Shown: piece by piece, positions 46,044 through 48,888 of the stretch
Layout of the letters: each line of letters starts with the position of its first letter
Position numbering within the stretch: the stretch's first letter is position 1
Source: a virus
Taxonomy: Duplodnaviria > Caudoviricetes
IMG/VR virus record: IMGVR_UViG_3300021476_000274
Location: 1-48,888 of that record
Length of the DNA stretch: 48,888 nucleotides
Reading direction: 5' to 3' (one strand)
Translations under genes and position numbers: made by a program
Notes under the pieces: model-generated
What the model saw: the letters and a program-made list of their open reading frames with translations, nothing else
What the model was told of the DNA's origin: nothing
The model's database searches: none

Positions 46044-46499
46044 ATGACGCCGACCTATAAGTTGAACCAGTTCAGTCCGGAATATATGGCGGGTCTCATG
46101 CAGCCCCCCCCGCAACAATCGGGCTACGAAGACCGTCCCTACAACTACGTCTACCCGCCACCCAACGGCGTCCTGACGCCCAACCAGGCTCTTGCGGGCC
46201 AAACCGTCCAGATCCAAACGGATTCCGATTTTGAACTGCGGGCCGCCTATATCGCGACGGCCACGGGATTGTTTCAAATCCGGATCGGCGACGCCACGGG
46301 CTATCAATTTTCAAGCGGCTTCATGTTGTCATCTGCCTTTTCGCAAGACCCATCTAACCCGACGGTCTTTAGCCCTCAGCATCCGTTCCCCGCGGGTTCC
46401 AGGATCGTGATCGACATCCAGGACCTATCGGGCCTTACCAACACGATTCAAATCATTTTTGTAGGCGTGAAACGCTACAGGATGCAGCAGACCCAGTAA
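46044..46499 (+). CDS. Candidate minor/second capsid protein (jelly-roll-like)
   Basis: YEDRPYNYVY...IQTDSDF...IQIIFVGVKR; homologous to both ends of 46502-48625. Confidence 0.6.
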   Translation: MTPTYKLNQFSPEYMAGLMQPPPQQSGYEDRPYNYVYPPPNGVLTPNQALAGQTVQIQTDSDFELRAAYIATATGLFQIRIGDATGYQFSSGFMLSSAFSQDPSNPTVFSPQHPFPAGSRIVIDIQDLSGLTNTIQIIFVGVKRYRMQQTQ

Positions 46500-46501
46500 C
46501 C

Positions 46502-48625
46502 ATGACCCCGGCTTTGAAAACACCGCCGTCCCGCGCCCTCTACACGCCACCGGAGGGCTATCAGGACTTTCCATTCACTTGGGCCTTTGATGGCTCGGCC
46601 TTAACGGACGGGACCAATGCCCTGAACCAATTCGTCTACATCCAGGGAGGATGGGGCGATTTCATCATGCGGCGGTGCGTGGGACTCGCGAGTGTCGTGA
46701 ATCCGGTGGGCGGCAGTTTTCAACTGCGCGACGCTCAAAAGCGGCCGCTTTCCTCCGACCCTGTGCTGATCGGTTCCATCAACGACGATTTGGCGTTTCC
46801 GAACGAATTGCTGTATCCCGAAACCTCCGTGATCGGGTTCGATCTCTACGATGTGCTCCGCGATCCCCCCCCGGTATTCCAAGGTACTCCGGTCCTGATC
46901 GATCCTACAGGATTTTCGACTGGCTCGAAATTGAGCGGCGGCGTTCCGGATTCGAGCGCGATCGGCGGGCAGATGGGTGTCAAGCCGTGGGTCTTCCGAT
47001 ACGGGACCGGAATGACGTACTTCATGGTGCTGGCGACGCCAACCGCGCCCTTCACTGTGACGGTGTGGAAAACCACGAATGGCGGCTCCAGTTGGACTCA
47101 GATGGATGCGGCCCACCAGCCCAACAGCGGAGGATCGGGTCTGAGCGTCAACTGCTATTATCCCGGCGGCTCCACGGTCTACATGGTGTACGTGCCGGCC
47201 GATGTCGCGGCCGACGATATCGCGGTTAACAGTTTCAATTTCTCGACCGGGCTATGGGGCGGCGAAAGCCCCATCTTGGCGGCCGACGGCGCGCTCGCAG
47301 GCTTCAGTCCGGGGCTTGGCGGCGGCCTGCACATCACGCGCTTATCGAACGGTAATATCTATGTATTCTGGATCGGCAACACCACCAACGGCGCTACCCA
47401 CGGGCCTCTGTGGTATTGCCTGTTTTCCGGTGGAGTTTGGGGCACCATCACGTTGCTGACCGGCACCAACGTGATCCATCAGTTCGATACCCCCTTGACG
47501 GTCATAACGGATTCGTCCGACATCACCCACATCCTCTACGAGCACGACGACACCACCGTTCCGTCATCGGTCCTGAACTACATCCAATTGAGCGCCGCGG
47601 GTATTCCGTCCGCCGCCGTCACGGTCTTGAGCGCCGGAGCGCTGGGCGGCGGCACGGTCGTGACCGGCTCGCCCGTCATCAACGGCACGGATCTGTGGGT
47701 CCCGATTTTCTACGGAACATCAGGGGCTTCGAACCAAATCCACATGCTCCATGGTGCTGGCCTTCCGGCGCCTTCCTGGACCGTCGAGACCCCCGATCCG
47801 GGACACACGACCTGTCCCGGAGCCGCAGTGCTCCAAGGGCCACCGGCGGCCCTCTATGACACTGGCGCGACCCTGTGGGTCTTTTGGGTCGTGACCAACC
47901 AGGCGGGCGACACAGGCCCTCAGCAAATCTGGGCCAGCAGCCGGGTCGGTGGTGTCTGGACTACGCCGACGCTTTACTACGACTATGCGCTCAATCCTCC
48001 GGGGTCCGTACCGTTCGGTTCGGGAATTCATAGTTACATCCAGAGGATTTCGGTAACGGCGGGAAGTTTTTTGATCCACGCCATGATGCCGTTGTCGCTG
48101 GCCGTTACCGCTGCCGGCTTCGCCCTTGCAGCCGCAGGACCCAAGATCCTACAAACCCAAATCGCGTTTCAGGGTGTCCGGCGTTTACCCCGGCTGGGCA
48201 ACGCCCAAGATGATTCGTGCGATTACGACGAGCGGACCTTCACGTACCCGTTGACCGCCACGCTCGCGACCGCCGGACCCGCCACGGCCCCCGTGGTCGT
48301 TCAACAAAACATCAACGACTACGATTTCGATCTGTACAACGTGATCCTGACTTACCAGGCCGGGAGCGCATTACCCAGGGTCGTGTGTTCCGTGTTGCTG
48401 TTCGATTACGCCAGAAACCAAATTTCCAACATTCCGCTGCTGGACGTATATCTCAATGGCGCGCCCGGGAGTCCCTATCAGAACGGCGCCATTGTGCCGC
48501 CGTTGCGGTACCGGCAAAATACCCAGATTCAACTGTATCTCTACAGCCTCACGTCCATTGCGCCCGTGACGGTCACGGTCCATTTGGTGGGGCGTCAGAG
48601 ACTTCCGAAATTGAAGGCCGCATGA
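46502..48625 (+). CDS. Candidate vertex/spike protein: two capsid-like domains with an inserted propeller-like domain
   Basis: N- and C-terminal similarity to 46044; the centre has TTNGGSSW and periodic GxW motifs. Confidence 0.65.
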   Translation: MTPALKTPPSRALYTPPEGYQDFPFTWAFDGSALTDGTNALNQFVYIQGGWGDFIMRRCVGLASVVNPVGGSFQLRDAQKRPLSSDPVLIGSINDDLAFPNELLYPETSVIGFDLYDVLRDPPPVFQGTPVLIDPTGFSTGSKLSGGVPDSSAIGGQMGVKPWVFRYGTGMTYFMVLATPTAPFTVTVWKTTNGGSSWTQMDAAHQPNSGGSGLSVNCYYPGGSTVYMVYVPADVAADDIAVNSFNFSTGLWGGESPILAADGALAGFSPGLGGGLHITRLSNGNIYVFWIGNTTNGATHGPLWYCLFSGGVWGTITLLTGTNVIHQFDTPLTVITDSSDITHILYEHDDTTVPSSVLNYIQLSAAGIPSAAVTVLSAGALGGGTVVTGSPVINGTDLWVPIFYGTSGASNQIHMLHGAGLPAPSWTVETPDPGHTTCPGAAVLQGPPAALYDTGATLWVFWVVTNQAGDTGPQQIWASSRVGGVWTTPTLYYDYALNPPGSVPFGSGIHSYIQRISVTAGSFLIHAMMPLSLAVTAAGFALAAAGPKILQTQIAFQGVRRLPRLGNAQDDSCDYDERTFTYPLTATLATAGPATAPVVVQQNINDYDFDLYNVILTYQAGSALPRVVCSVLLFDYARNQISNIPLLDVYLNGAPGSPYQNGAIVPPLRYRQNTQIQLYLYSLTSIAPVTVTVHLVGRQRLPKLKAA

Positions 48626-48888
48626 TGGAATACCCCATTATCGACGGTTTCCTCTACAGCACGAAACTCAAATGCGATCTCCGGTTTCTGCCCTTGGCGC
48701 TCCATGAGTTTGAAGCGCTCAGGCGGTCGAGAGCTTACGCCCAACGTATCCTGACGGTTCCGGAAGACGCCGGCGGCACCATCATTCCCAATCGCAACGT
48801 CTTTGAATACGGATTCCGGTGTTTGCCGGGTTCGGCGTTTTGGGGCTACAGCTTTGTCGCGCCTTCGGGTCTCTACAGCGTGAACGTC
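48622..48888 (+). CDS. Partial ORF (probable virion protein) running off the window
   Basis: ATGA-coupled; MMEYPIIDGFLY... stays open to the window edge. Confidence 0.6.
   Translation, partial: MMEYPIIDGFLYSTKLKCDLRFLPLALHEFEALRRSRAYAQRILTVPEDAGGTIIPNRNVFEYGFRCLPGSAFWGYSFVAPSGLYSVNV

Larger units (their letters stand above)
618..48888. mobile_element. Provirus / integrated virus-like element, probably tailless and membrane-containing; right end outside the window
   Basis: Dense phage-type genes (DUF5131, DUF3310, HNH, GIY-YIG, methylases, muramidase, replication protein), ATGA-coupled operons and a virion-like operon. The left boundary is a guess. Confidence 0.75.

Noticed and set aside
1-48888. 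tRNA/rRNA genes or a definite att direct repeat
   Set aside because: None was recognised by eye, and the other end of the element lies outside the window.

Overview
About 49 kb that reads almost entirely as a provirus or virus-derived element. The host is tentatively an Acidobacteriota-like bacterium, which is an inference. From left to right the window contains: (1) a PAP2 phosphatase gene, a small Pin/Hin-type serine recombinase, a DUF5131 gene and a RelE-type toxin-antitoxin pair; (2) a HerA/DUF87-like ATPase and a helicase-DNA methylase fusion; (3) a minus-strand block of beta-rich structural-type genes, a C5 methylase and lysis genes (8.0-12.9 kb); (4) a long minus-strand run of small early/accessory genes, some damaged (13-26.6 kb); (5) replication and HNH genes; (6) from 32 kb, a plus-strand virion operon that runs off the right edge. 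The virion operon encodes a transglutaminase-like Cys protein, more than a dozen membrane-anchored proteins (many with a G-[LM]-G-[QDE]-type motif), Arg-rich 'RRNP' proteins, a glycosylation module and a family of candidate jelly-roll capsid proteins. No terminase, portal or tail gene is recognisable, which suggests a tailless, membrane-containing virus. The most striking non-coding signal is a ~60-bp hairpin-forming element, GGGGACGACC-N29-32-GGTCGCCAAC. It occurs six times at gene boundaries, five in direct orientation and one inverted, and the first copy lies next to the serine recombinase. It may be a multi-site recombination (cassette/shufflon) system or a repeated RNA regulatory element. 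All product calls come from motifs read by eye; no database search was run.
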